Positions 22,547 through 35,976 of a DNA stretch of 64,000 nucleotides are shown here, one piece after another; position 1 is the stretch's first letter; each line of letters begins with the position of its first letter. Source of the stretch: Amoebophrya sp. A120 (lineage: Eukaryota > Protista > Dinoflagellata); assembly GCA_905178155.1 (NCBI GenBank), contig CAJINV010000004.1, positions 11,143,655 through 11,207,654 of the forward strand, given 5' to 3'. Position numbers and translations under genes: made by a program. The notes under the pieces were generated by a model. The model did not search any database and had not been told where the DNA came from. It was given only the letters and a program-made list of their open reading frames with translations.

Positions 22547-25500
22547 CTATACCGTTCCGAAGTCTGTGTTGAAAATCTTGCGCTTGAAAATCTTCCGCAT
22601 TGTGCCCTCCACTTTGTGGGCATCGTAATTGGACCTGATAGATGAGAGTAGAAGTTGGAATCATGCAGAACACCCACTATAGCACTATCATATGTTACCT
22701 TTTTTTATCGTGCGCTTCTTGTCGTGTCTATGTACGACTAGTTCTTACTTTATGCACCATTCATGCAGCCTACCATCGTCATCGAAAAGAACAGACACCC
22801 AACATCAGCAATCGTTATCCTACTTGATTTTCATGCTTGTGATGAGCTGCTTGACTTCGTCCTTCGCGCGCGCAATCTCCGCACCCGTCGTTCTGCGTAG
22901 GCCCCAGAGAAAATCCCTTTCGTGGTGCAACATCTCGATTTTGTCGTCTTTTCGCCGGACCTGAGGGGTTTTGTATCGTAGAATAGCCACGAGAGCTGGT
23001 TGTCGTGAATTTCATGATCTTCTACATGTACAATATCAGTGTGCAATGTACTTTTTTCCGCATGCCAACCAAGAATACAGACACGAAAAGGAAAACTGTA
23101 CTACTACATTACATGCTTTTAGAATGAAACAGAGCATCCTCATTGGAAAAATAAGTACCGCTTCTGCGACGTCTTCTCTTTTCTGGTCTTCCTTTCGCCT
23201 CTGCCGGATGACGTTGATTTCCTTGTTTTTTTCCTTGAGCGCATCCAGTTCCGCTTTGAATTCGAGATACCTGAAGTTTTTTTTGACGTGCGTCGCATCT
23301 GCAGCATCGTGGCCGCATGCGAGACCACAATGTTAAAAGTGCATCACTCAACATGATCCGCACGCCTTTGTCCTCCTTGTAGTTCTTGCGCACTGCTCCG
23401 GCATGGGAAGTCATGATGTAGTTATATATAGTTTCCCATCTTTTCATATTCGGATGACAAACTTTTAAGACATTAGTACCTCTCCTTCTTCATCTCGTGG
23501 AGCATCATGCGGTGTTCCACTTCGTTCTGATGCTCGAGGGTATGCAGGAGGGGAAGTGATGTTTGTATTGCGTGATACACAATTTGAATTTCAATAAATA
23601 CAAACAGGCTGTGAAGCAACTGCAACAGTGTATCCACTTAGTGGTCTCATAATTGTTCATCAACTGACGCAACACAAACCTGCTTACACTTTCGTAAATA
23701 ATGGAGTTTCTCTTTTCCTCTGCTTTTCTGTCCGCTTCGTCCATAATGGCCTTGCGCTTCATCATGACTTGGAAACCTGTGAGCGATCCATGAGATGAAT
23801 ATCTTAATCGTATCAACTACTTTGTCATGCAGAAATGCCCAACGAAGTATCAAGAAGTCATGCTCATACTCATCTCCTACTCCTGTCCTTCTGTTCCGAA
23901 AATGAATCATCTTACCTCGTCTTGCTCCCTCCTCCTGTTGCAGCAGCCGTAAGTTGTTCAACCGGTCCTCGCGTGCCTGTTCGTGGTTCTGCTTTGCCAT
24001 GAATGCCGCCATTTTTTCACCCGTCTTGTCGCCCAGATTTGCTTTCGACAGTGCTATTCTGTCCTCCTTGAACTTTCTTCTCGCCTCCATGTCCGCGTTC
24101 TGCTTTGCCTTCTGCAGCCTCCGAATCTCGTTTCTGCGCTCGTCGTTGGCCCGCATCTCCTCGAGCTGCCGCTGTTGGTGCATCCATGCCTGCCTCCGCC
24201 GCTCGGCCTTGTCCTCCTCGGCCTTCTTTTTCGCGGCCTGGTCCGCCATCGACCGCGCATGGGCCTCTTTTCTTCGCTGCTCCGCGAGCTGCTTCTCATG
24301 CTCAAGCTCCTCCTGCTGCCGCTCGAACTCCTCTTTGGCAATTTGCTGCTCGAGTCTATTTTGTTTTTGAATTAAAGCAATACCAGGGCTCCTGCATCAT
24401 GCTCATGGTGGAAACTTTGATATCTTCTAGCTCTACTTGCTTCAAGTTCTATCCGTTAATTAATCATGCAGAGGCCACGAGAACTACCTACCATTTCATC
24501 CATATTGAAAGTTAAAAGTGTTGTTGACAACATCTATTCAGTACTTCTGTTGCGCTGCTAATTCGGCCATTTTCTGTTCCTCTCGCATGCGCTTCTCCTC
24601 GTTCTTTTTTCGCATGCGCTCTGCGGCGTCTTTGTTGCCCTGCTGCTCGTCTGCTTCCTCGGCCTGCATAAACTGGTCCGCCTTCTCGAGCATTTTTGTT
24701 TGGTGCAACTGGTGCGCCAGGCAGTTCTGCAGCCACTGGAGTTGGAGGTGCTGAGCATGCTGGAGCCTGCTGCGCTCCTGTTTCACGCAATCGGACTGCA
24801 TCGCGGAGAGGACACCTGTTATTTTTCAGCATGTGGTGCAGCAGATCTATACGCGATTTTCCATACCCCCACCCCTATTGCGCGATCATGGCATGACAAA
24901 ACGATGTTCATGGTCTTACTTCTTCAGCGAGCCTACTAGTCGACGATATCTACCTCAATGTAAATACCTGTTGAAATTCCCTTTGCTCTGCTCATTTCTG
25001 CAAGGGTCATGCCGGTCATGCTGTGATTTCGTTCTCGCCCCTCCTCCTCGAGGATGATCTCTCGTGATCGCCTGCATGCTGCCAGCAGGTCGTTCCTCTT
25101 TGCCTCAAAGAAGTCGTACCTGTCGTCGATCCAGGTTGAATCTTTTTTCAGATTTTGTTTCCATCATGGTCTGCTTGTGCTGCCCCGGCCCGTAGACGTA
25201 GCACAAGTGCATATACAGGAAAAATAAACTTTGCTTCTTACCTGAGCTTCACGAGTCTGGGTTCCAGACCTTTCTCGGCGAACGCTTCGATGGGCTTGTA
25301 TATCAGATCCTGCGGGGCTACACCCTCCCCTGCGCATGCCTGGAGGCTTCTGGGCGAGTCGATGATCGCTTTTGTGTCATGCTCCAAGAAATCCACGAGA
25401 CTCGTCTTGCCTTTACCTGTTCAAGTTGATTCTATTCCAATCATACGACTGTATGACCGCATGGAATACAAATTGAGATTGTGATTGTCCCATGATTCTT

Positions 25501-25596
25501 AGGCTGGAAATGGCATTTCATGTCCATGAGTTTGAGCATGCAACAAACAAATTTTAGTTTATCGGTACTGGCAAGAGCGGTCCCGGGCTGAGCCAT
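22547..25596 (-). CDS. Multi-exon coiled-coil (E/K/R/Q-rich) protein, mostly canonical GT-AG introns
   Basis: Exons join via GTAAG/GTATT..CAG: IIDSPRSLQACAGEGVAPQDLIYKP..KLR|YDFFEAKRNDLL, then trichohyalin-like coils; start and last exon uncertain. Confidence 0.65.
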
Positions 25597-26418
25597 TTTT
25601 TCTTCCAATCGAGATGTGAAAATATCGTATGATCACTCTCTCCGCAACAAGCTCAAGTGTGACGAGTACATCTTCACATTCATCGACTCAACACACGAAG
25701 CAGAATGCCATACGTCTACGTCGCACGATTGTCAGAAGTTGCTTCTCCTTAACATTGATAGCGAGCGAACGTGAACGAGCGACGAGTCTGTCGGCTCTCT
25801 TCGGCCTGCTCTCATACAGACAACTGCTCTGAGACATGCTGAAGATGCTCCCTCTCTTTCATCCTGCTTTACTTTGGGCTGAATACGATGGATTCAAAGC
25901 AACATCGACAACGATTCGGCCACTCACGACGGTCACGCATAGCAGATTTCTCACTCAACGAATCTAGCCGTCTTCTTCGAACTCATTGCACCACTCTTGT
26001 TCTTAATAAAGGCGAACGAGACAAAGTCAAGTAACTTCTTCAGATGGGCGCCACGTGCTCCTGCAGAAGTGCACTCTAAGCGATTTAGTTGAGTACCGCG
26101 TGAAGAACTGAACACGAGCTACACGAGCAGTCGCAGAAGTATATCAAGCGAAGAACTAGCGAATTGCAGTAGGTAGAGCAAAAGCCACCGACTCCGAGTG
26201 TCCTCGGAGTGGAGGTGGAAGAGGAAGTAAATGCTGGACATGCACATGGACATGGTCATGGAGTGCTACAAGAAAATTATTTCTTTTCCTCGTGTTCCGC
26301 AACTGGAACTGGTACTGGCTCGCCACTGCCACACCTTCTTGATTACAAATCATACATAATTGATAATTCAGCCATATGCAACTTATAAATATTCCGAGTA
26401 AGGTTTTCGTAATTTTTA

Positions 26419-26691
26419 TCACGAGGACTTCTTCAACACCCAGAAACTGCCAAGCGCAAGGACCGCACCTCCGACCCAGACAATCGGGCCCATCAAACCT
26501 CCAGTGGCCGCGGTTTCCGCGGCGCCTTCCACTCCAAATTTTACCGCACAAGCAGACATACAGCTGCCCAGCGCTGCGTTGCAGCCCGGAACGCTTCCAA
26601 CCCCAAACACAGCGCCGGCAGCCGCATAGCAGGCAACCGCACCGGCATTGCAGGCTGACTGGCAAAGGGCGTAGCCACCAACGGAAGCCAT
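26419..26691 (-). CDS. Small cysteine-rich protein (ZYS1-like CQxxCN...ACYAAAG...CNAALGxCMxAC) with C-terminal TM
   Basis: Motif CQSACNAGAVACYAAAGAVFG..CNAALGSCMSAC; AAAAATG start context. Confidence 0.75.
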   Translation of the reverse strand: MASVGGYALCQSACNAGAVACYAAAGAVFGVGSVPGCNAALGSCMSACAVKFGVEGAAETAATGGLMGPIVWVGGAVLALGSFWVLKKSS

Positions 26692-27869
26692 TTTTGCGAA
26701 TTCCAATTTGTTTCGTTTTCTCCGCAGCTCTGTCCCAATTTCTTCACGTCCACTCTTCGCAGGTGGAGGAGGTAAAGGAAAAATGCGCCGAAATCAAAAA
26801 AGCCGTACTTTTCATGGATAATCAATGTAAAAAAGGGTACCAGTGCGTGGTACCTATTGTATTTTTGTCTAGGTGGTGAAAAACAATTTCCTCTTGCGTT
26901 GAACTTGAATTGTGTGCGAAACTCAAATTAACCTCGACGCCACGTTCTTTCCGTTTTCCTTATTCCTTTTCGAATCACGAAGACGATATAGCAAGAATCA
27001 CGAGCACGACAATTGACTGGCACAAGCATGGCGATGATAGATCAATCTATGTGATGAATCGACGCGGAAGAAGCTTACTATAGACAACTCCCCCAAGGAA
27101 TCTTATTCTTTGTATTGTGTGGCATTCGCTAAAGTTTTTTGTTTCGCGGACCAGAGATGGAGAACTAGAACTAGAAGACTAGGGTAAACTCCTACTTGCT
27201 TTTTCGCAGACAAGAGACTAGCTACGTAGTGGATCAATGTTTCCTCGTCACTTCTTCCCCATCGATTCCTTGATCTCCTTTTGCGGCCCCCTTAGAGTTC
27301 TTGGCTCTTGTTCGTCCATTGCGTATTCGATCACACAAGAACTAAAGTAAAGGAGGAGAACTTCAGAAGACAGTTCGCAGAACTTCGTCGGATTGAGAGC
27401 TTTTGATGCGACCGTTAGAAACTTCCTCTTCCTGGAGATCTGATCGCTCTAGATCCACTAAAAAATTCTTGATATTGATTTTTGTATCTAAGCCATTGAC
27501 ATACAGTGTTCATGTGAAGCACGTGGATGTGTACTTAGGAGATCGTTCTTGTCCGGATGGCATGCTTGAGGTTGAGATCGAGATATATTCGAATGGCATG
27601 AGGAAACCGCCTCAACAAAAAGTCGGCGATGCAGGTTCGATCAATCACGGTAGAAAAATCGGCCCACCGACCCTTAGCAAGGCAAGGACAGTGCTGTACT
27701 TCGACTTCGTGTACCGCGACCACTGAACCGGTAAAGGAGCGCAGGGAGCCTTGATTTTCATCGTCTCGATTAATTTCGTTCCAGAAAAGCATGACGATGA
27801 ACCTGTGTGGAGATCATCATGAGGTCGCGATCATCTTCATCATCATAGAGTTTGTTGAGCCCATTAGTT

Positions 27870-30272
27870 TCATGCTCCTTGGGCCGACGTCACCACATCT
27901 TTCAGAATCTTATCCCATTCTGCGTCTTTCAAATCCTCCACAATGCGCATCATGACAGCGTTAAACTTCCGCTGTTCTCGCACATGCTCGTTCTTATCGT
28001 TCTCCCGGATGAAGATGTCCCGATCCTCGATCACGTCAGCAGCATCAGCATCACCAGAGCCGTCAAGCGGTACTAACATCGCCAAAAAATCGTCCGCGAA
28101 GATTCCCGTCCTTTCACGGACCGCTTTGGCCATGAACATACTGATCATGCTCGCACGGAAGACACAGTCAAATTTCATCAGCTTGTAGTCTTCCCAACAC
28201 TGCTTCCACGAATAATCGGGCGGCGATGAAAGCGGCGGAGCTGCAACGCTCTTGCTTTCTTGTTTCTCGACCTGCAAGTTCGTGTTCCTTGATGAAGCCT
28301 GGAAGATGTCCTCCGCAGCCCATCTGCGCACCAATTCGTCGTGATACGACCGCACAATCTTCTCCTCCTCGTTCCTTCGGTCCTCTCTAGTTAAGCCCGT
28401 CCCAAGCAAGCAGGCCAAATCGCGGACGCCCGGCTGCAGCTGCACATTTTGAAAGTCGATGTAGACGTTGGACTCTTTCCTTTCGTTGTAAAACATGTTT
28501 TCCGCGTGGAAGTCCCCGTGCCACAGTGTGACCGGGATGCTCTTCCACTTTTCGAAAAACGCATCCCAGTAAGAACTATTTTTCGGCCGATTATTTGCGC
28601 CGCCGGGAGACTCGTCAACACCGTGTTGGCTTTGCCCCTGCTCTCCCACCTCTGGTGCAGGTGGCGCTAGCATCGGGTTCCAGATCTTCTCCTCGAACCA
28701 GAGCCAGTACTCGCGGAAGCCACGAAGGTAGCTGTCGTAGACGACAGTTTTTCTCGACTTGCTGGAGGACGGGCTTCCGCTTGCTGCAGCCTTGTTCATT
28801 TGTTCGTCCTCGCTGGTACAGTCTGCTTCCGCGAAGAGGTCCAACCTACTGTCTCGTCCACGACCCAGCACCGCGTTCACCCCCTTGCTTTTTCCGAACA
28901 TCTCCACGCCGGCCCTCATATCAAATGCAAAAATGTCTGGCTCTGGAAGAATGCAAGTTTGTCATGCTTGTCTGGCATGACTCGAGGACCTGTGTTGCAT
29001 AGGCACGACAGGGCCCTCTTGCCTGTCATGCAAAAACGCAGGGTGCCATGCGGAATACGTAAGAGAGACATGGCAGCCAAAAAATTTGTCGTGCATAGCT
29101 GCGTATTGCAGTGCGTCTATCATTCATTTTTCGCATTACAAGTTTTCAGACCCAGACATATTTGCAATCCATACTTCATCACGTTTTGCAAGAAGCCCTT
29201 CATCATTTCCACCCGGTTTGGGTCCGAGAGGTGCTGTGCAAAAGTATCGCACTCGTATAAATGCAGGTCTTGCATTACAAATTTCTTTGTCAAGGCAAAT
29301 CAGCATTACAAACTTTATTTTTCATGCTGAGAAAATTTGTAATGCATTTATACGAGTACGATACTTTTGCAGTTCATACGAAAGGTGCGGCAGCAGTTTC
29401 GTGCGCTCGTCGGCCTTGTACCGCTCGTACGACCAGCCGAAAAAGGGCGCTTGCAAGGCTGCTAGGTCCTTGGCGGCGCGGTAGGCGTGGGGGAGCGGCA
29501 GAACTTTTGTTAATATGGTGCTCGATGGGGATGGTCCGGGTCCTGCTGTTGAAGGTGTTGTTGACAAATGGTCGCCATTCCGAATTCCTTCTCCAAGAAT
29601 GGGCTCCATCAGAATCAGAAAACGGGGAGTGCTGAAAGGAGTAGGAGAGGCACCGTCTGGAGGAGGCAGCGGCTGCTTTCCGTCTTCCTCCTGAGGTCCG
29701 GCAGCAAAATAGAATTTGGGTGTTGGAAAATCCACACCTTCTCGACCACTGAAGTCAACATTTGCAGCTAGTAGCACGGTATTGATGAATCGAACTTCCG
29801 AGGTCCACATCATCTTGGCGCTTTGCACCGGCACGTTCAGATCGGACGGAAACATCTTCACGAAGAAAGACGCGGGCGGTGGCGGGGATGACGCAGCGAC
29901 AGCGGGGGGTAAGGGTACTGCTCCTGGTCTTGCAGCAGACACCGCCGTAGACGTAGTGGCGCCACGACTTGATGAAGACGCTCTGCCGCAACACGAAGTA
30001 GTAGTTTTGGTTTGGTTCTCCTCCTCCTGCCCACCGCTCGCTTCTCCTGCAAAGACGACTGCGCCATCGTACTCTACCTTTTCTAGCACAGCTTTGTCTC
30101 CCAGAAGGCCTCTATCTCGCCCAAGCTTCCGCATTTCGAAGGACCGGACCGTGGCTGTGCTGGGTAAGACGCCCGCATGGTGGAGCACACGCGTTAGCAA
30201 CCCGGGGGAAACCTCGTCGAGTGTGGCCGGAAGGTCGAATGGGAGCGGGTCGGGCTCTTGTTGTGCCGACAT
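27870..30272 (-). CDS. EcKinase / APH-choline-kinase-like phosphotransferase, 3 exons
   Basis: FFVK, EVRF, LILME, TLWHGDFHAENMF (Brenner motif), YIDFQ, RDLA; two introners removed in frame (LPHLSDPNR, NVMKAGVE). Confidence 0.85.
28919..29173. mobile_element. Introner, tgtctgggtctggaa family
   Basis: TIR tatcaaatgcaaaaatgtctgg; flanks cctca/cttca; can be read as an exact GT-AG intron. Confidence 0.88.
29230..29378. mobile_element. Introner (~150-bp family), empty-site relative of 8514-10189
   Basis: TIR core tgcaaaagtatcgcactcgtataaatgca; flanks cgaga/cgaaa. Confidence 0.85.
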
Positions 30273-30934
30273 CTTCGTGAATGGCAGGGAAATAATCTAC
30301 TCTTGTCGAGCTCCTCACTATTCTCGAGATGTTACTGCTGTGAGCGCGGGTGGATCTTTTTCAACCAAAAAGGCTCTCAGTTTATTCTCCTTATGGTGTC
30401 GATGTGATAAGTACAGCTAGTTTTATCAGAACTTCTTCTCTCGGAGTCGCTACTACGCTCGCATGGCAGAACGCCGTGGAAAAACATCCTAGAAATGAGA
30501 GACTAGTGAAGGTCGTTCTCTTTGTTATTTCGCGCTCCTGCAGTTCCCTGCTGCACTCTTTTCGGAAATTTGTCTTTTGCGTTCGAACCTGAGAGAGCAA
30601 GCCTGACAACAAGTTAGAGGTCAAAAAAGAAAAACCATCATGAGAAATGCGAAACCTCAAGTTGAAGTTCTGCAATTCGAGAGCATAAATCTCAAGCGTA
30701 CGAATGCTAACCACTTTCAACTGCAAAACCAAATCAAAATCGAATCAAGATTCTTCGATCTGTATCTTCCTCACGGAGCCTGTGTGTCTGTTAGAAGTTA
30801 TCTCGATGCTTATATCATCATCTTGCGCAAAAAAGGAAAACAGTAACAGAAGCTGAAAAAGAATACAATATTTTGACAAAACAAAATTTTAAAATTTTCT
30901 TCGAAAAGAGAAAAAACCACATTCACGCCACACT

Positions 30935-31192
30935 CTAACTTCCCGCCCCCGCAGCGCCGGCCGCTTTCGGAAAGAGTTTGCTCTGCAGAAGAGTGATGTG
31001 CTTGACCAGCTCGTTGTTTCGCATCTCCAGCTCGATGATCCGGCGGTCCTTCGATTCGCAGCGTTCGCACCAGATGTCGTAGCACTCGAAACACCCCGCC
31101 TGGCCGCACACGTGCTGCTGGCGAGGGACAAATTTGAAGCCCACTGGCGGCACCATGGGCGTGTGCTGCATCGCCGTGTTGCGCTTCAACAT
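30935..31192 (-). CDS. Small Cys-rich/coiled-coil hypothetical protein
   Basis: 85-aa GC-rich ORF with HVCGQAGCFECYDIWCERC followed by a heptad-like coil. Confidence 0.6.
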   Translation of the reverse strand: MLKRNTAMQHTPMVPPVGFKFVPRQQHVCGQAGCFECYDIWCERCESKDRRIIELEMRNNELVKHITLLQSKLFPKAAGAAGAGS

Positions 31193-31904
31193 GTTGAACT
31201 TGGTTCTTTTCGGGAAGAATCCGAAGAATGTGCAAATGGCCACGCTCAAACCTACTTGCTTCTGTGATCTCAAACGAAGGAATCCCGGAAAGGGCGGGGA
31301 ACGCAGTACGACTACGCACAAAATCGAATATCTTCTTCACAACAAGAACTCTTGCTATCCTACATACCATCGAACGACGAGGCGCAGTTAGTAGGTTCGA
31401 CTGAAGCAGCTGGAGGCGTCAACGAGAACGACGTGGATTCGGTAGTACTAGACGAGTACTAGCAAAAGCCACCTCAATCACTCACCTCAGAACGAGCTTC
31501 TTTCTGCTCTGTGGCAACAGAAAAGATGCCCTCGCCAAAATCCCTCACAGTCCCTCAACACCGGAAAGAACGTCGGAACGCTAACATTCGCATCCTGCTC
31601 GAACACATGCAGTGCCAAAACTGAGTGACCTGCTAGGCGCGGTTTCTCTTCGCACACGCCATTTGCGCTTGCCCAGTGAATATTTCATGTTTATAGTTTT
31701 ATGTGTATCGTTTAGAGCCTTCAATTAATCGCTAAGGAGGATGGACATCGATGGTCGCTGATTGTCGTGGCAAATACGTAAGGTAAAAAAGATGGAAGTT
31801 CTGCATCACATAAGTACTTACTCTGAATGAGGGCCATGAAGAAGCGGTGCGTCCTTATTTCATCTACTTCGGCAATTTCCAGAAGTACAATACAGAACCC
31901 TTCT

Positions 31905-34900
31905 TCACTCGAACTGCGCCCTCCCATTCGCTTTTCTGGAGGATCCAAATTTCGCTCTATTCGATTTTTTTGCGAGCCCGGACCCGAACTGAATGGCCCG
32001 TTTGTCCAGTTTTGCACAGGTGGGCAATTTCAGAACTTTGTCGGCAATGTACCTCAGCAGCATCTTATCTGGCCCTGCGGCCGGGACTTCGTTTTCTTGC
32101 ACCAGCTCACTTACCAGCTGCACCACATCCTCATCCAGAAATGGGTGTCTGGGTTCCCTGCCGTGGTCAGCCAACACCCGATCGTCGCGACCCAGGTTCT
32201 ATCAAATGTAAAAATGTCTGGGTCTGGAAGAATGCATGTTTGTCATGCTTGTCTGGCATGACTCTTGAATCTGTCATGCACATTACCCAAGAGCCCCATC
32301 TTTCTGTGATGCAGAAACGCAGTTTGTCATGCAGAATAAGCAACACCTAGAGGCTCAGAAACTTGTCATGCTGATCCAGCATTTGTGGCCTCATCATGAG
32401 ACGCCACCCAGCATCACAAGTTTCCAGACCCAGACATTTTTACATTTGATAGGTTCCGGGTCCAAAAGCGCTCCAGGTCTTTCCGAAGCTCGTCGTACAT
32501 CGCTCTCTTCCCGTGAGTATCAAATGTAAAAGTGTCTGGGTCTGGAAGATTAGAACTTGTCATGCTAAATCCGAATGATGCAAAAATCTGTGTTGCGTGA
32601 GTACCAAAAGCTGTCCGCTTTTGACCAAGTTGAGAGGGAGTTTCTCATGCAGGAAAGGCATGATAGAGACCCCAAAAAATCTGTCATGCTGGGTCTCGCA
32701 TTCCAGACCTCATGGGTCATGGAAAACCTGCATCACAAATCTTGCATTCTTCCAGACCCAGACATTTTTACAGTTGATAGTGAGTCAAAAACTGGGAAAC
32801 GTGTCGTGCGTAACCGCCGAAGAGCTCATCCGCCCCGTGACCGACCAGGAGGACCTTGTTTATTCTCGACCCATCTTCTTTACCTTCGTGATGACATTGG
32901 AATTCTTGTCTGGAAGTACCAGACTCAGGGGCAGTTCTAGTAGCGGTGTCAGGCTGTCGCCGCCCACGATCACAAAGGCGCCAGTGGTCTCGATACACAG
33001 AGCAGTCGATGCCAGATGTTGCTATAGGGTCATCCTCGTGTTCATCTCGTGTAACGCGAACGGCAGCTTCCGGGCGCGCTCCGGGTTGGAGCATCGTCGG
33101 CTCGTCGGTCAGTGACGCCCCAACTACTAGATCGGCAGGAGCATTGTCCCCTCCGTCTATCATTTTCTGTTCGTAACAAGGCCACGCTTCCGGGAATTCC
33201 GCCAGTACTCTCTCCTTCAGTTTCTCTTTTCTCGCGTTTTCGCCCGGTCGCTTCTCGTCCGGCAACAGCTGCGCCGCCTGAGCAAATAACGTGTGCCAAT
33301 GCGGGAAGAGTTCGTCTGAGTCGGGAAGGGAATAGCAATGCCTCGTTGTGTTTTTCTTTTCCTCTTCTGCCTTCCGACTTGACGGCGCTGGCGGTCCTCG
33401 CGCATCGGGTCTGCTTGCCGCCTGCCACAGGCACATCCCTATGTTGTAGTCCATGTGAGTATTGTGACTAGGCCCCAGCAAGGCCTTCACGTGTCTGGTA
33501 TCGTCGACGCTACAGGTGAGATCAGAGGAAGAGCTTTTATGGGTCATGAGATCTCTCCCATCTTCCTCTTCATCTCCTTCAGCCAAATCCATCAGCACGA
33601 GGTCAAACTTCCCGCCAGCAGCACCCGGGTTATCATGATTCCTTCGCGCCTTCAGATCCCGGAAGCTCAGCAAGCAGGTCACGCGGTCCGGGGAGTTTGT
33701 CGGGCTGTAGGAGACGTTCACCAGCCGGACCTTCTTTACGTAGTCCGCAGCCAGCGCCGCGAGCACGGTGGAGTCCAACCCTCCGCTGAAGAGTACAGTC
33801 ACTTCCTCGTGAAACTGGACCCGTTTGCGGACGGCATTGCGCAGTGCAGTTTCCAGACGAGCGGCCGCGGTCTGAAAGGGCGATCGGGTTGATAGTGTTG
33901 GACGAGGACGAACCGATGCGGAGTCACTAGAAAGCGCTGGCCGTGGTGCAGGAAGGGCACAACAAGAGCCACTCTTCGTCCGCAATGCCTCTCGCAGATT
34001 GTGGAACGGGCTGGAGAGCGCGGGGTGAAATCGTTCGCGAAATTCGAAAGGCACGAAAGGAGGGCTTGGGCTCGCAAGGCGTTCCTTTCCATTTCCATTT
34101 TCAAAGGTGCTTTTCGTGGCGACTACGTGGCCGCTGTCATTGTTCTCGGCGTAGTTTATTCCATGGCTTTTTCCATTCTGTATGATCAGCGCACCACTAC
34201 AGGGAATTTCGGCGTGAAGCAGAACTTTATCGCTGGCTCCGTCACCTGGCAGCGGCAACACACTTCCGACCAGAATCGTCGTCCTCATTCTTGTGTTGCC
34301 TTGCGTGTCTGCATCGTGAGTTCTTTCCCCAGCACATTTGATGTTCTCGAGATCATCAAAATACTTGCTGCACCCGATCCTCCCAGTCCGTACTTGCACA
34401 CAGAGACTTCGGCGTCCCAAGCCGTCCCGCATGCAGAAAAGCCGCTGTCGCCTTTCACAGTAGTGGAGGAACGCAAACGGCCCTTGGATTCTTTCCAGAA
34501 TTTGTTTCTGAAGCAGCTCGTCGAAGAGCCGGCCTTTTTGCTCCTCTGTCGTTGATGAAGCATCAGAAGCAACGTTGTTCCTGAGCTCCACAATTCTTTT
34601 GCTCAGCCATGTTGTGTCCGAAATCTCGTTTGCGAATAGCGTTGCGTCTAGAGTGTTGATTTTTGCACCGGCACTTCCACGTTCAACATCAGAGGGGGTA
34701 GATTCTGTTGCTCCTTTGAGTTTCCGTGCGGGGATCATCTCCTGCTGCTCGTTCTGATGTTCACCGGCCTCATCATGCAGCCCAAAGATCTCTCCATTGA
34801 AGGCAAACCAACTTCCGTCTTTATTTCTTGTAGTACACACGGGCACTGTAGAGCAGCTGTTTCGTCGTCCCAGGAGCTGGTCCTCCGCATCACCCACAAA

Positions 34901-35365
34901 CACCGGCTGCGGAGTCAAGGTTGGGCCGCGCATGTGCAGGACGCATGCCAGCATCGTCACCGAGTCGTCACACCGAAGCATTTCTCGGTGGTCGGGCCCA
35001 CGGCGGGCTAAAAGACGAAGAAATTGTGAACGCAACGCCTCCTTCTTGCTGCTGTTCGGGTCCAACGCCTCATTCGTTATGATCCCGAGGTCGGTTGATG
35101 CTTCTTTCATCTGCCGCCTTTGCGGTAAAGACTCATCTGCAGCAACACCGTTGGAGCGAGCCCGTTCCCGCTGTGTCTTTTGATGGTTAGCATCGTCTTT
35201 ACAACCCGGTGCGTGCGCTTCCTCTGTAGCTCCTGATATTGCGACAGTTTGTTCAGCAGAGGCCAATACTGTTTTTAGCTGCTGGATCGCTTCCTCCACA
35301 GAGCTTGATGATGTTGGGTCGGAATCCTCGACCCAGTCCTCCAAGATCGCACCGATTCCGCACAT
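31905..35365 (-). CDS. ASNSD1: Asparagine synthetase domain-containing protein 1, 3 exons
   Basis: MCGI, RRGPD, LHMRG, FNGEIF, RDGLGRRSL, LFSGGLDST, GHGADELFGGY, RNLGRDDR, PFLDE, KRAIQFGS; two introners removed in frame. Confidence 0.92.
32200..32451. mobile_element. Introner, subfamily A (opposite orientation to 13058 and 44064)
   Basis: Near-perfect TIR tatcaaatgtaaaaatgtctgggtctggaa; direct repeat ggttc; excision restores RNLGRDDR. Confidence 0.93.
32518..32779. mobile_element. Introner, subfamily B (opposite orientation to 13799 and 36923)
   Basis: TIR tatcaaatgtaaaagtgtctgggtctggaag; direct repeat gtgag. Confidence 0.92.
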
Positions 35366-35904
35366 CTTCTTCTTTCTTGGCCCGGCTAGTCACGTAAAAT
35401 CAAAAGAATCGCCATGGGAGTGGGGCCGCAAGAAGGTAGCTGCTTATATATACTTCTTGGACCGTTGAACATCAAGCTGCTGATAACCAACACTAAATCT
35501 AAAGCCATGATCGTCACAACAAATAGACAATGTCCTTAGTCTTTAGACTTACTCAATATCCAAGCTCTCGAGGGGACGAGCAGCTACTCAAGTCGCTGTT
35601 GTCGCTGGAAAAGGAAAGATTTATAGCGAACGAAAAGCATAGTAAGGCTGTCTGCTTGCACGGGGTGCGATCTTAACCATGTACTTCATTCAGCGTGGAG
35701 ATCCTCCAAGCATGTTGACTTTGGAACTGCGAAACTGATGGGTCGGTCTTGGTCTCAGGAATTTGGATCTCAAAGATTTAGATTTTTTCAACATTGGCCT
35801 ACGGATCACAATTTAAACAAGTACAGATCAGATCAGATCAGAATATTACCGTTCGGTATGCTCGCACTCGTTGGTGCGGCGGTACAACAGTTTTTTGGAG
35901 AGAA

Positions 35905-35976
35905 ACTCAACAGACCCTGAAATCTGATCCTCGGACTCAACAGACCCTGAAGTTGGACCGAAATCTGATCCTCGGA
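35905..35976. repeat. Short tandem duplication (~30-bp unit)
   Basis: actcaacagaccctgaa..atctgatcctcgg occurs twice, the second copy with an insertion. Confidence 0.7.

Noticed and set aside
25586-25601. agccatttt resembling the dinoflagellate spliced leader
   Set aside because: Short partial match that is simply the reverse complement of an AAAAATGGCT start context
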